From NCBI RefSeq assembly GCF_006345805.1, contig NC_043006.1, positions 96,100,001 to 96,164,000 on the forward strand: a DNA stretch of 64,000 bases, read 5' to 3'. Made by a program: the position numbers and the translations under genes. The notes beneath the pieces were generated by a model. The model saw only the letters and a program-made list of their open reading frames with translations, was not told the origin of the DNA and ran no database searches. Shown piece by piece: positions 1 to 13,442 of the stretch. Positions within the stretch are counted from its first letter, which is position 1. Every line of letters begins with the position of its first letter. The DNA is from Octopus sinensis. Lineage: Eukaryota.

Positions 1-50
<50 letters not shown>

Positions 51-88
51 CTGTATGTGTCTCTGTATGTGTGAGTGTTGATATATAT

Positions 89-122
<34 letters not shown>

Positions 123-178
123 CATATATATATGTATATATATATACGCATATACATATACATATATATATATATTCG

Positions 179-227
<49 letters not shown>

Positions 228-275
228 CATACATATACATATATATATACATATATATTACATATATATATATAT

Positions 276-325
<50 letters not shown>

Positions 326-755
326 TATATTACATATACATATACATATATACATACATACATATATATATTGATAATCTTACAGAGTAAATAATGTTCG
401 GGAATAATTTCTGAGAATAAAAGAAAGTGATTTGAAGTCATTTATATTATCTTTCGTTATTTGTCTTTATCATTCTTTAAACAATTTGATTGTTTTTTGT
501 CGAAATCATCTTAATTTCGTTGTTTTGTACATTTTTCAATATTTTCGCGTCTTTTACCCGATTGTTTGTTGATAATTTTCGATCGAGTTTTTATTTACAA
601 GTTAAAGTCTAGCTTTTGTTGTCTCATTTGTTAAGCTGTGACATATAAATATGTTTAAATTGAATGCGTGAATATATTGAGATGTGTGCATATGTATATA
701 TGTATATATATATATAATATATAATATATAATATATATATATTAATATATATATA

Positions 756-805
<50 letters not shown>

Positions 806-815
806 TTATATTTAC

Positions 816-855
<40 letters not shown>

Positions 856-1020
856 TGTTAAGTATGTATGTACGTATATATACAAATATATATTATTGCG
901 TTGATTGCTGAAAAACATATTTAAAGTTTACTAGCAATCATATTCTTTCTCACTTCACGTATACACTCACAAACACACACACATATATATATATATATAT
1001 ATGTTATATATATATATAAA
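1..1020. repeat. Compound microsatellite block (GT)n/(TA)n/(TACA)n with a short unique AT-rich insert
   Basis: Directly visible dinucleotide and tetranucleotide runs; ORF 75..374 is only YI/IY repeats. Confidence 0.95.
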
Positions 1021-1492
1021 ACAGTTCTTTGTATGTAATTGAAGCATTATTAAAATATAAACGCCACCTGTGCATCATTCTAAGGTATATACCGCATTGA
1101 CAGGCATGAGACTTAGAGGTTTGTGTGAGAGACAATCGGTTAATAGACATGTTTCTTTACAGACGCAATATATCGGAGCGAGACAATCGTCGCTGATTCT
1201 CACCGAAAATCCAGACATGTTTCGCTTTCGTTAGTGCTTGTCACCGGTGTGTATCCTCTGGTCACATGATATGCCAATTCCGTAATTATGGTATATTCAT
1301 TAATTAATACTGATGGCGTTTATTATTGAATGCTGTTTCAATTGAGCGTGACGAATTTATTTAATCCTTGCAGCTTTTCCACATCAGCAAATGTGCTGTT
1401 CACTGTTTGTGATATACGTTTGTGTATGAGTGTGTGTGTGTGTGGTGTGTGTGTGTGTGTCTGTGTGTGTGTGTCTGTGGTGTGTCTGTGAA

Positions 1493-1815
1493 GGCGCATG
1501 ACACAGTGGTTAGATCGATGTACTCACAGTCATAAGGTAATCAGTTCAATTCTCAGACCAGGCTATGCGTTGTTTTCTTGAGCAAAACACTTTATTTCAC
1601 ATTGTTCCAGTTCATGAATTTTGATGTCACTGGTGCCAAGTTGTATCGGCCTATGCTTTTTCCCTTCGATAACAACTGTGGCGTGGAGAGTGGAGGCTGC
1701 TATGCATGGGCGACTGCTGGTCTTCCATAAACAACCTTGCCCTGACTTGTGCCTCGGAAGGGAACTTTCTAGGGGGGTGTAATCCCATAGTCATTTATGA
1801 CCAGAGGGGATCTTT
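1493..1815 (+). mobile_element. tRNA-derived SINE, minor family D
   Basis: tRNA-like head GGCGCATGACACAGTGGTTAG...AGTTCAATTCTC (A/B-box-like) followed by TTGAGCAAAACACTTTATTTCAC body; a more eroded relative lies near 43240-43370. Confidence 0.6.
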
Positions 1816-2025
1816 ATATATATATATATATATATTTGTGGGAATCGAAACATCAAACCTTGCTGATAGTTCACGCGAAGTTTGAGATGCACCCGCGGCC
1901 ACTACAGTTTCCAGCTCATCATTATCCACCTTGGTCTCAAGTCTACCACGGGGCTAATTTTCAAGAATAAAGTCACCAGACCGGAACTACTCATATAGTG
2001 CGCTCATACGCCACATCTTCACCAA

Positions 2026-2079
2026 ACGGAACCCGGACCCACGTGGTTGGCAAGCAAGCTACTTACCACACGGCCACTC
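2026..2079 (-). mobile_element. SINE A 5' head fragment
   Basis: Reverse complement GAGTGGCCGTGTGGTAAGTAGCTTGCTTGCCAACCACGTGGGTCCGGGTTCC matches the head of full SINE A copies. Confidence 0.75.
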
Positions 2080-2644
2080 ACATTAATTTATTAATCTTTT
2101 TTGTTTGAATGGAAAGTAGTGTCCACAATCCCTTCGAGTCTCATGAGAATGAGACACGGATATCTTCAAATCGAAATCATTCCAGAATGCTTGCAATATC
2201 ATCGGATCTGCTCAAGTCGACGAAGCTACGAGTCGGCGGCTTTAACTCCCGGTAATGTATTAAGTGTACTAACCACGTAGGCTATAGCAATATTTGAACT
2301 CAGAATGTAAAGAGCCGCAATAGTTACCACAAAGCATCCGAGTCGACGTTCTTACATTCCAGCCAATTCAAGTCTTTAGGTTAGAACATTCTTCTTTTTT
2401 CTGTTCTACCAATCCCGAAATTATGAAAAGCAAAGCTCACTTCCATAGAAGTTGAACTCACAACGCAGACAGCTGAAAGCAATACTTTGATCGACGCTCT
2501 AACGCCTCTGCCAATTCCCCTCCTCACATATTCTCTAGTAATTTTCAAGTTTCAAATGGTCAACAACTAGGTTTTAGCCGTGGTATTTCTGTGACACTTC
2601 TGAGGTCATGAATACAAATTCGAATCATTAATTTTTTTCTGTTT

Positions 2645-2790
2645 TAAAGTGGTCGAGCTACCAGAACCGTTAGCACACCGAACAAAATACTTGGCGGCAT
2701 TTCGTCCGCTTTTACTTTCTGATTTGATATGCTTCAAATGTTGACGTCGCTTTTCATCCTCTCAGATTCAATGAAAACAACCACCATTTG
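2645..2790 (+). mobile_element. Degenerate SINE B
   Basis: GGTCGAGCTACCAGAACCGTTAGCACACCG...GACGTCGCTTTTCATCCT resembles the SINE B head and core. Confidence 0.5.
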
Positions 2791-2954
2791 AGCATTGGAG
2801 ACCACTGTTACCAATAACCTATTCCGCCAACATTTCATATGTCGTTTGTGCCTAGAATAGAAAGAGTTAGTTTTCTATATGTTATACCTGCCCCACCATC
2901 TCATTTGTTTCCATCTGAGGAGTTGCGTTTACAGTTTATCACTGGAACAGCTAT

Positions 2955-3575
2955 GATGGTTTCAAAATTTGCCAAAAACCAGCAATTTTAGAGGACAGGG
3001 GTCAGTCAAGGACATCGACCCGAGTACTTCACTTGAACTTTATTTGATCGACCCAGGGAGGAAGAACGCAATGTTGACCTATGCGGAATTTGAGTTCGAC
3101 GCCTAAAGTGCAAGAAGAAATACCGTTCGCCACTAAGCATTTTGTCTAACACGATAATGGTTCTTTCAGCTCACCATTTCAGAGTGGAACAACCACAATA
3201 TTGGTTTCAACTTTCGGCACAGGACCATTTATTTCGTGAGAGAGGAGAAGTCGATTACATCGACCCCGGTGTTCAACTGGGTTCCTATTTTATCGATCCC
3301 GAAATAATGAAAAGCAAAGTGAGTCTCGGAGGAATTTGAGCTCAGAAAGTAAGGACGGACGAAATTCTGTTAAACCTTTTGTCCGGTGCAGTAACAACTC
3401 TGCCAGCTTACTGCCTTTGGAACAACTATAAAATTGTTTTCTAATTTTGGCACAAGACCAGGAATTTGGGGAGAGGGGGAAAGTCGATTACATAGCCCCC
3501 TCCCAGTGCTCAGCTGGTTATCCATCCCCGAAGGATGAAAGTCAACCTCAGCAGAATTTGAACTCAGAACATAAA
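2955..3575 (-). mobile_element. Cluster of three degenerate head-to-tail SINE B fragments
   Basis: Repeated ATCGACCC...AAAG(C/T)...GGAATTTGA(A/G)CTCAGAA core at about 3010-3110, 3250-3350 and 3485-3570. Confidence 0.7.
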
Positions 3576-3578
3576 GAT

Positions 3579-3944
3579 GGCGCAGGTGTGGCTGTGTGGT
3601 AAGCAGATTACATCCCAACCAATTAGTTCTGGGTGAAGTCCCACTGCGTTGCAGCTTAGGCAAATGTCTTCTGCCATAGCATCAGGCCGACCAAAACCCT
3701 GAGTGGATTTGTTAGACGGAAACTGAAAGAAGCTCGTCATATATATATATATATATGGTGGGGGGGGGGGTATTTGACAACCGATATTGGTGTGTTTACG
3801 CCCCGCTAAATTAACAGTTCGGCAAAAGAGAACCGATAGAATAGTTACTAGATTTACAAAGAATAAGTCCTGGGATCGATTTGTTCGACTAAAGGCGCTG
3901 CTCCATCATGGCCGCAGTCTGAAACAAGTAATAGAATAAAAGAA
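3579..3944 (+). mobile_element. SINE A nested inside a SINE B head (host resumes 3945-4003)
   Basis: Head GGCGCAGGTGTGGCTGTGTGGTAAG, internal TA run, tail GGCGCTGCTCCATCATGGCCGCAG...GAAACAAGTA; SINE B sequence GGACGAAATACCGCTAAG continues on the right. Confidence 0.8.
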
Positions 3945-4590
3945 TGGACGAAATACCGCTAAGTATTTCGTTCGGCGCGCTAACGATACTTTCAACTCGC
4001 CATCTTAGATGAGAACAGCTAAAATATTAACACCTATGATTATATTTATGTTTTACGTTTAACCCTGCTTTAAAAATTATTATAATGCATTTATAATATT
4101 TCTTCTCAAACGTTTGTTTCAATTGTATTTCATATTTCCTGTCTACCTCATTAATTGGTCAGTATTCCTAAGTTCCTGTTTTATCTCTGTTTCTTTATTT
4201 AACTCAATATTAGGTTTTATTTGTAATTAATTTTCTCCTACTTTCGTTCCACTCGCTCATTTTACTAAACCGAAATTCATATCAATTCATCTAATGAGTC
4301 TTTCCATTGCTAGCAGTAGTCTTTCCAGTTATTCCCAGACATCTAAAAATATTTAAAAAAGTAAATAGAATTTTTTTTTTATTTATTACATAAATATGGA
4401 GAAATCGATAAGGTATAAATGAAATAATACAGAAGTTATATGAATGAATAAAGGAATAAAGCATTATTTGAACGATGATAATTCTATAGTTAATACATGT
4501 ATGTGTGTGTATACATACATACATACATGCATACATACATGTTTGACGTTCACGTAACTGGCCGAAAATGCGAACTCACTTATTGAAGAA

Positions 4591-4964
4591 CTAGCAGTAT
4601 CGCCCGGCGTTGCTCGGGTTTGTAAGGGAAATAACTATAAAGCATTTTTAGAGAGTATATAGCCAAAAATTGGAAAAAAAATGATGGTAATATTTTTTTT
4701 TAGTAAAAAGGTCGAGTTGCGTCCCCTAGACAGTCTGTGGTTTGTGTTTCTGATTCTCGACCCCAGGTCGAAGTTATCGATTTTTTTCAGAACTGGGGGA
4801 ACTTTTCAAAGTTTTCTCTGCGTTAGTTTTGAATTATGACATTGGGCTAAGTGTGTGTCAAGTTTCATCAGAATCGGTTGAAAGCCGTGGTCAGGGTGAG
4901 GGTACAACCTAACAGACACACAGAAACACGCACAGACAAACTGCCGTTTATATAGAGAGAGAGA
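4591..4964 (-). mobile_element. Non-autonomous Helitron (3' end shared with 5760-6160, different 5' body)
   Basis: On minus: TC start in TCTCTCTATATAAACGGCAG, 3' hairpin CCCGAGCAACGCCGGG, terminal CTAG followed by T. Confidence 0.75.
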
Positions 4965-5042
4965 ATAAGTTTCAACTCTACAAAAGGATAGAGTATCCCG
5001 TTAGAGTAACCCGAACATAAAATCAATCATATATGTATATAA

Positions 5043-5133
5043 GGAGGAGGAGGGGGAGGGGGGAGGGGGAGGAGGGGGGAGGAGGAGGAGGAGGAGAAGA
5101 AGAAGAGAAGAAGAAGAAGAAGAAGAAGAAGAA
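5043..5133. repeat. (GGA)n/(GAA)n purine microsatellite
   Basis: Directly visible. Confidence 0.95.
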
Positions 5134-5759
5134 AATGGAGATTGAGTCGTTACTAATTGTTTATTAACAGCAAATTAAGCATCTTCACTTACAGCTGTTA
5201 CAATTAATACTCAGCATATATTAAGTAAATATTAAAGACGTTAATATAGGGGTGGTGGGTATGAAGAGTAAACATTTGTAAATACATATATATATATATG
5301 TGTGAGTATGCATAGGTATTGATGTATTTTGCGCGTGTATATTTATATGTATATATGTGTATGCGCTTATATGCCTGTAAGTGTGGATGTATGCATATGT
5401 GTGGGTATATGTATATGTTTCTGTATATATATATATATGGATTTACAGATACATATTTGTACGTGTGCATATATATACAAAATTTCATAACCTATTCTTT
5501 ATAAACGAATATTCCATTTTTTATTAATTATAAACTTACCTTATTTATATTTCAATTTCCACTATCATCTCTATTTAATTTATTCATTTATTGTTCTAAT
5601 TCTAACTACCTACTCTATCTTATCTCCAATCAACCTGTAAACACCTCGCCCGTGCATATAACGATATATATGAACAACCGTATCATTCAGTCTGCTATAA
5701 TGAATTCATAAACACATATAAAACATCCAAGGGTATTTTTTTCCCTGTGAAAAACGTCA

Positions 5760-6160
5760 TCTTTATATATAAAAGTGAGGTTGTTTGGCTGTCTGTCTCC
5801 TACGATTTAGATTCCTAACTACTCCCACATTTTGCGGTGCAGTTTAACCAAAACCGGGTATCTTATAGTCGTGATTCATATCGAGCCCTTCTGGGTATTA
5901 GTGCGCGTCTACGATGAGTCTACGATTTAAACAAAAAAATTAAAATCATTTTTTCCATTTTAATGCATTTTTCACTATTATATATGGGAAGTAACTCTCT
6001 AAAAATATATACGATGAGTCAACGATTTAAAAAAAAAATTACCATCATTTTTTTTCCATTTTTAATGCATTTTTTTGCTATTTTTTGGCTATAACTCTCT
6101 AAAAATGCTTATATAGTTATTTCCCTTACAAACCCGAGCAACGCCGGGCGATACTGCTAG
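5760..6160 (+). mobile_element. Non-autonomous Helitron
   Basis: A|TCTTTATATATAAAAG start, CCCGAGCAACGCCGGG hairpin, CTAG|T end; first 200 bp match the helicase-bearing copy at 34993; internal tandem duplication about 5910-6075. Confidence 0.85.
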
Positions 6161-6491
6161 TATAAATATAAATTTAATATTTACTTAATATCTACTGAGT
6201 GTTAATTGAAACAGCTGTAAGTGAAGAACATTAATTTGGTGTTAATAAATAATTATTAACATCCCAATCTCCATTTTCTTTTCTTGTTTTATATGAATAT
6301 AAATTATATATTTATATATATATGTACGTATTATTTTAAGAAAATTAATTTCCCCCAAAATACTAGGTATTGAACCAGTATTTCCTTGGATGAAGCTATC
6401 CCATCATAAGGTTAATACAACTGCTAATCGAAAGTATATTTACACACACACACGCACACACAGACACAGACACACACACACACACACACCG

Positions 6492-6578
<87 letters not shown>

Positions 6579-7569
6579 ATGGACGGATGGCTGGATGGAC
6601 AGATTGATATAGTTCTAAGCAAAAATCTGAATACACTAGAAGGTTGTATATATTATATATTATTGCTGGTGCAGATGTAGAATAAAGTGAATATTTTATA
6701 ACAGCAGAAAACCTCGGATTACCAGCAGATGACTGCGGGAGCTTTTTGCCCTATTATAAATAACAAACATACATTTCTGAAGAATTGGTATGATAATTCA
6801 TTTACATGGCTAAGAAGATTGGATGTAGACATAGGACCATAAAGGCTTGTGTTCTTTCCTCGAACGGGCGAGGCATTGTATCTGTAATGGAGTCACTTTA
6901 TTTCATGTTGTCCCACTTTGCTCAGTTCATACTGAGTACCGGCCGATTGCTGATAGATCTCTCTCTATCCTCATCTCTCTCCCTCCTCTCTCTTTCTCCC
7001 TCCCTCTCTCTCTCTCTCTCTCTCCAACTGTAAAATGCTCGATATTCCACTGAGCTAAGAGCAAGAAGGTTGACAAAATGTTTGTTTCCGGTCGCGATTT
7101 CACTGACACCTATAACAATTAGCGAAAGCGTGGTACATTCTGCCAAGTCACTCTCACTGCTTATTTCGATACTTCCAATACGCATCAATACGGTTAGGCA
7201 CCCTTCAGTCAAATTTTCGGAGTAATCTGGTGTTATCTACTGTGTCTTCAAGCCTGCAGTATCTTCAGTATTAAATACGAAATTTCTGAAGAATTATAAT
7301 CTGTCATTCTCTGTTATATGATACCATGAAATTTGTGATGGTTCAAGACAGCAAACGGTCGTGACCATTTACGTAACGGAGTAAGATGCCTAGCTCTTAA
7401 ACAATCTTTCATGTATTCGGCATAACGGTAATATAATCCTCCTGTAAGACTGATGATCGGGTGTAGACAACATCTTCGGGATATCCAGGTAGTTATAGAA
7501 CTTATGGTTGTACCTTGACAATTATCCGATTACCAGTTATTTGCCTTGCAGGAATGAACTTTTTATCAT

Positions 7570-7918
7570 AATTACCTGCACCATAGCGAAGCAGAGGTAT
7601 TATTTCAGTTGGGTTTGTTTGTTTGGTTGGTGGTCCGTGAACAAGATATCTGAAGAATTGCTGAATGGCTTCAGATGAAACTTTCAGGGATGTTTGGCCT
7701 TGTGACTGGCACGGACTGATTATATTTTGGGGTCGATCGGGTATCGGACAAGGATTTTGGATTAGTTTTCCCTTTTTTATTATTTTTTTTACTTAATTTT
7801 TGAAAGGCAGTTGCGTTTATTTCAGATATTCTCATTTTAAAAATCATCTCTGGCTAATATTTGAGAGGACGCGGGTGTTGCGTTGGCAGAGGTTTGCACT
7901 CTCCGAGTGCGCTTGTTC
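7570..7918 (+). mobile_element. Probable Helentron-associated non-autonomous element (HINE-like)
   Basis: 5' ATTACCTGCACCATAGCGAAGCAGAGGT, short (GTTT)n, GATGAAACTTTCAGG, 3' TTGGCAGAGGTTTGCACTCTCCGAGTGC with stem-loop; layout recalls Helitron2/HINE elements. Confidence 0.5.
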
Positions 7919-7919
7919 T

Positions 7920-8030
7920 TTCTAATTTTGGTACAAGACCAGACATGTTGAGGGGGAAGAGTATCGATTGCATCGACCCCGGAGCCCAAAGAATGAAAGG
8001 CAAAGTCCGCCATTGCGGAGTTAGTCTCTT
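7920..8030 (-). mobile_element. SINE B fragment with tail variant 3
   Basis: TTTTGGTACAAGACCAG...ATCGATTGCATCGACCCC...GAATGAAAGGCAAAGTC. Confidence 0.65.
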
Positions 8031-8513
8031 TATCTTAATGGTTTACGTATTGTTTGACTTATGCAAGTTTATACCTGAAATTGTATCTTGAGTTTTAAAG
8101 GATGACAGACGAAAGCAACTTTAGATAAAAACTACTTAAATAACTTTTCGTTACCAAACATGACTTATAGCAAGTCTTTTTATTGTCTATGTAAAACTGC
8201 CAAAGATCCTAACTTTTCTGATCCCTTTTTTGATTCATTTTTTATAATTTTGTAAAAGCTATCGTTTTGTTGATGGATGACTTTTCCCGAGAATGATGCC
8301 TTACCGGAAAGTACGACTAACTGGTAGTGATGCGTTTTATTACTTCCAGAAACTGCGTTTTATGACGTTGATACATACAAAGACAGATATGCAACACAAA
8401 GATAATGAATATTACGATCAGTTTGAAGAGTCGTGGCTCAAGGTCTCTGTGATCTACCAAATGTACTCGCACACATACACACAGACACGCACACACACAA
8501 TGTGTGTGTATAT

Positions 8514-8564
<51 letters not shown>

Positions 8565-8568
<4 letters not shown>

Positions 8569-9200
8569 AACTTGCAAAATAAGGGCAAAAGACAAATTCT
8601 AATGCCAAATATGCAGAAAAAAAGACAAAATTGTCAATAACCATTATAATTTATGCGTCTCGAAACATGCCGATAGAAATTTCTAAGAAATTCCGTTATT
8701 ACCGTATTGGTCCCAATTTCGGGGTTAATTCATTAGAATTTTCCACTCGTCAGCGATAAATACGTAAGACATAAATGAAATACTTATTCATACCCATGGA
8801 AAAAGCAAGCACTAAGTCCTGAGCAGACCTAAGTACCCCAAATATATCCAAAATAGAAAATCTTCAGCACATCTCGAGACACGTGTGATTCGATCTAGAA
8901 ACTTTCACAGAGTGAGGGAATCCGGAAGTGAACACTATTCAATTTATAACTAATGTAGGATAAAATTTTTTTCAAAAAAAAATTTTTTATCAATGGACAG
9001 CATATCAAAAAATACCTTTAAGGGTTAAATTTATAAATAACTTACAAAATAAAGGCAAAAGAAAAATTCTAATGCCAAATATGCCGAAAAAAAGACAAAA
9101 TTGTCAATAACCATTATAATTTATGCGTCTCGAAACATGCCGATAGAAATTATTTCTAAGAAATTCTGTTATTACCGTATTGGTCCCAATTTCGGGTTTA
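8565..9200 (+). repeat. Pair of about 160 bp direct repeats (8565-8728 and 9036-9200)
   Basis: AAAATAAGGGCAAAAG...TATGCGTCTCGAAACATGCCGATAGAAA...GGTCCCAATTTCGGG occurs twice with few differences. Confidence 0.85.
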
Positions 9201-9380
9201 TCCTACATTATTTATATATAATATATATATATATATATATTAAATACATATATATATGTATAGAGGGCATTATTACACATAAATGCCTCACACTAAGAGG
9301 GACAAAGTCATTACTACCAAAATTACACTAATCATACCTAAATGCAGCTCTTCAAAGCAAGACATTTAAAAAATGAATTT

Positions 9381-9438
9381 AGTTCTGTATCACCGTGATT
9401 TCACATTTAACTTACGTCTTATGATCCTCAGCAGAACT
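9381..9438 (-). ncRNA. Candidate type I hammerhead ribozyme
   Basis: Minus strand: AGTTCTG-CTGAGGA-tcat..atgt-GAAA-TCA cgg TGA-TA-CAGAACT. 7-bp stem I, intact core, AUA triplet; stem II closes with a U.U mismatch. Confidence 0.6.
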
Positions 9439-9974
9439 GATTCTGAACACATCATAAATAAACCACCAACCTTACCTAGCGAAGACGAATAGACATCTAT
9501 TCACTCCGGCCAAGCACATATATATATATATTCCCTTAAAGGTCATTCTAAGTTTAAATGATACCTGAACTATGGCCATATTGTTTTTGAAAGCAATCTC
9601 TTCTGTCACACAACCTAAGGTTTTATGATCTGACACTTGATCCTCAGTTCACTTCACCCACTGGTATGGGAAATATATTGAACAACGCTGCACAGGGATG
9701 TCTATTTTGGAGGGAAATGAACTGCAGCAGAACCAACTAAGTGCTCATAAATGTCACATCATGGGACGTTAGGACATCTATCTGGCAGAAACACATGTCG
9801 GACCGGAATTTAATGGAAATAACACTGTAAGAAATAAATTCTCTGTGTGAATGTGTGTGTCATTATTCAGTTCTATTTCAAGATTTCTAACCTAGATTCA
9901 ACGACATCAACGGGTTATTTTTGCATGTATGTATGTATGTATGTATGTATGTATGTATGTATGTATGTATACGT

Positions 9975-10345
9975 GCAGGTTTGTATGTTTTGTTTTATAT
10001 GTCTTCTCATACATAAAGTTGCGTATCTAGATATGTTGATATATACTGAAATGATAAAATTTGGGAAAGACTTACATATTTTTACAGTTCTGATAATTGC
10101 CTGAATCTGTGGGCTTCGAAGCAGCTTTCTCCTTTCTGGTTTTGAGAATCCTAATTTCTCCAGATTGGTATTTAGGCAGTGTGTTACATATCCAAGTGCC
10201 CCAATAATTACAGATATAAACCTGAACTTGTAATCTGGATAGAGTACATATCCCAGTGCCTCAATAATTACAGGTATAAACCTGATCTTTTAATCTGGAT
10301 AGAGTAGCTGTAGATTTCTTAATATTTCAGCTTAGCTATTTTATT
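9975..10345 (-). mobile_element. R4/Dong-like (RLE) non-LTR retrotransposon 3' fragment with internal tandem duplication
   Basis: Minus translation LRNLQLLYPD..YKFRFISVIIGALGYVTHCLNTNLEKLGFSKPERRKLL..IIRTVKICKSF resembles the C-terminus of R4-clade ORFs; followed by (ATAC)n. Confidence 0.65.
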
Positions 10346-10349
10346 TTTG

Positions 10350-10555
10350 GCTGATCTTTGGTTTTATCTCAACATCCGGTAGGATGTACGAAGGTGTATA
10401 TGTCTCTTCTAGTTTTCAATTATGGTAAATCTTCCACTGATGAGGGACCCAGTTTCCAACAAAGATACAAGTCTGCATTTGGGGGATGTAGTTAACACAG
10501 ACAAATTCACATTTGGAACTTGAGAAAAGTTTTGCATATTGTTACTGTTCCACTC
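10350..10555 (-). mobile_element. Second R4/Dong-like 3' end (ORF end plus 3' UTR)
   Basis: Minus translation SGTVTICKTFLKFQM* is homologous to the end of the adjacent fragment. Confidence 0.55.
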
Positions 10556-12497
10556 ACTAGACAGCAATCTATCAAAATACTCGCACAATTTGTCGGTATT
10601 GGAATGTCCGACTTAGTTGTATCAATGATCAGGTACAGCTCTGGGATGAAGATGGATGGGTGCCGTGAAAAACAGATTGCAGTAGATAAAACATGGGAGA
10701 TCCTTAACAGCTTTGTGATGGGAAGATCATTCGACCTGGATAGACCACACCAAGATCTTCATTGTTACGTGCCAGATTAGTTCGCTACTGCCTTAGCTGT
10801 TGTTTATCAAATCGGCGGCAGATTCAAAGCACTCCGTGTAGTGTGATCAAATGAGTGATGATGTTGGTTAGACCAAGTGGAACATAGAAAACAACTTCGA
10901 GCTAATCACTCGGTACTCCACAGATTTAAACACTTTGGCAATGTTGTTGACCAGTGGGTTTGCACTGACCCTCATCAGTGACTCAAAATATATGTGAAGG
11001 CCTGTAGATCTATCTACGATTGGCTCCCACACACTCACACATCATAACGCATACCAAAGAGCAGATTAACTATATATCTTGTTGCAGCGAGGATTTGGTC
11101 ATTTCATATCAGTTTAAAACGTGTTTCATCCTCGACAATTGTCAATATTTTAAAAATTATTTACATTTTGGTTAATATTTAGTGTGCTTTAACGCTAAAT
11201 TTAGAAATATTAACTTTCTTTCAAATATTAATCCGTAAACCATTTAATGATTTAAATTTTAAAACTCACGTCATGAGGTTACTCTTCAAAAACACAACTT
11301 GACTTTATCTCACTTCAACCTCTCATCTCTCAATGCATCAGCATTTTATATCCTAGCAAATCAGAACTTTCTTGACCTCTACATCACAATATCATTAAAA
11401 ACTAATGTTTCATTCCTCTTCTAAAACAATTCCCCTACCAAGGAACAAATATTAACGACTTCTGTTGACCATGTGTATAAATGGCCCTTATCAAGTTTCA
11501 AAGCAACATTTGGAGACTATCTAACCTAAAAGCAATATTAATATGTTCATGTGTTGACCCGATTTCAAACACTGTTTTATGACTGTCCTTTTCATAAATT
11601 TCGGTCATCAAACACCCCTACATCTATTAAGTGGCCCCTTCCTCTATCCTTTCCTTCTCTAAACCCCTTTGTAACCTGTCTTCCTCCTTTTCTCTATCCT
11701 ACTTGCATCTTTCCATCTTTTCCTCCCTCAGAAATGGCTCTGACGAAAGTAGCATTGATGTCTTTAGGTCGTTCATTTTTTCTCAACTGATCGATAGACC
11801 AACTGAGTAAATCTATCAGTGACGCAGTCATAATGATTACTGGAAACAGCTGTAAGCCAAACTTGCTCTCATAAATGGAAAATGTGTAATGGCCATTATC
11901 TAAAACTTGACTTATATATATCACTCTGCGTAAAAACCAGTTTGTCTGGAGCCCAACCATGGATTTACAATGACATTCGACCCTGCCGTAAGAATACTTG
12001 GAGATCTTCATTAATTTAAACAATATTGCTCACCAGCTGTGCCAACAGGTAGTTCGTGCTTAGCCAGTAGTTTCGGCCGATTGACAATCCCTCAATATTA
12101 GTTATACATATATTTTATGTATGTATATATGTATGTATGCATGTATGTGTGTGTGTATATATATGTATGTATGCATGTATGTATGTATGTATGTATGTAT
12201 GTATGTATGTATGTATGTATATATATATATATATATATATATAATAAAATACAATATCATGTATAATATATTGTTTTATATATCATTATTATATTGTACA
12301 TTGTTATTATTATTATTATTATTATATATAATATACAATATGATGCATAATAATATTAATATATAAAATTATATACACTATTACAAAAAAACAGTGTATT
12401 TTATATCAGCGAAAGACAAACTGTTAATAAAAATGATAGTGATATGAGGGAAACCAACATTGATTTATTATCATCTTAATAGATTATATTCATATGC

Positions 12498-12534
<37 letters not shown>

Positions 12535-12556
12535 TATATATATGTATATATATACA

Positions 12557-12592
<36 letters not shown>

Positions 12593-12618
12593 CATACATA
12601 CATACAATATATAGATAT

Positions 12619-12666
<48 letters not shown>

Positions 12667-13009
12667 TATATTCATGTTGATGTGTGCAAGTGTGTGTGTG
12701 TGTATGTGTGTGTGGACGCATGCGCGTATGTGTGTCTGTTGTGTCTGTCTGTCCGTCTCATTTTTTTAGCGATATGTCATACTCCTCTAATTTCATAAAG
12801 TGTTTGAATCAAGTATCGAAAATAATAATCAAAAATTCATTATTTGATTATTCGCTAAGAATCTATCATTGATAAAATATCAATATTTTCCTTACATTTA
12901 TAACTATATGAGAATGTGTTTGTGCGTGTATATATATATATATATATATATAAATATATACGTACACACACACACATATGTCTATGTGTACGTATGTATA
13001 TATGAATAC

Positions 13010-13060
<51 letters not shown>

Positions 13061-13442
13061 AACACACACATATATATATATATATATATTTGTACGTATA
13101 TCCATCTATGTGTGTGTGTGTGTGTGGCTGGAGTGATGTGTATATAACCATTAAATTTATTTGGTTCCTTGATGTGAAGTAAGATGTCTGTAAAAACCAA
13201 GTAAGAAAATTTCTCTGGAGTCGCAGAATTTGCTAGAAATAGCAACTAAATTCGATCAAAAGACATTCTTCCGCCCAGGAAACGGATATTTTTGTATTAT
13301 ACAATCCTGATACGTGAAACAATGACCTTCTTGTCACGGTTGGGAGGAATTTTGTCTAAGTTTGATCCATTGCTGGACAACAACAAAGATGATGTTACAT
13401 ACAGACAGATATGTATATACAGTTCTATATGCCCACATATAT

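Noticed and set aside
1144-1225. Two p53-like half sites AGACATGTTT
   Set aside because: About 60 bp apart rather than adjacent; not a canonical response element
6922-7212. 96 aa minus-strand ORF in unique sequence
   Set aside because: No recognisable domain or splice context, and its end runs into a GA repeat
7650-7685. CTGAAGA...GAAAC motif inside the HINE-like element
   Set aside because: Stems I and III cannot form; explained by a local TCTGAAG/CTTCAGA hairpin
10940-10985. Minus-strand CTGATGA-GGGT/ACCC hammerhead-like motif
   Set aside because: GAAA is absent and stem I does not pair; at most a very eroded relic
11694-12023. 109 aa minus-strand ORF
   Set aside because: No recognisable motif; TTG start; compatible with chance
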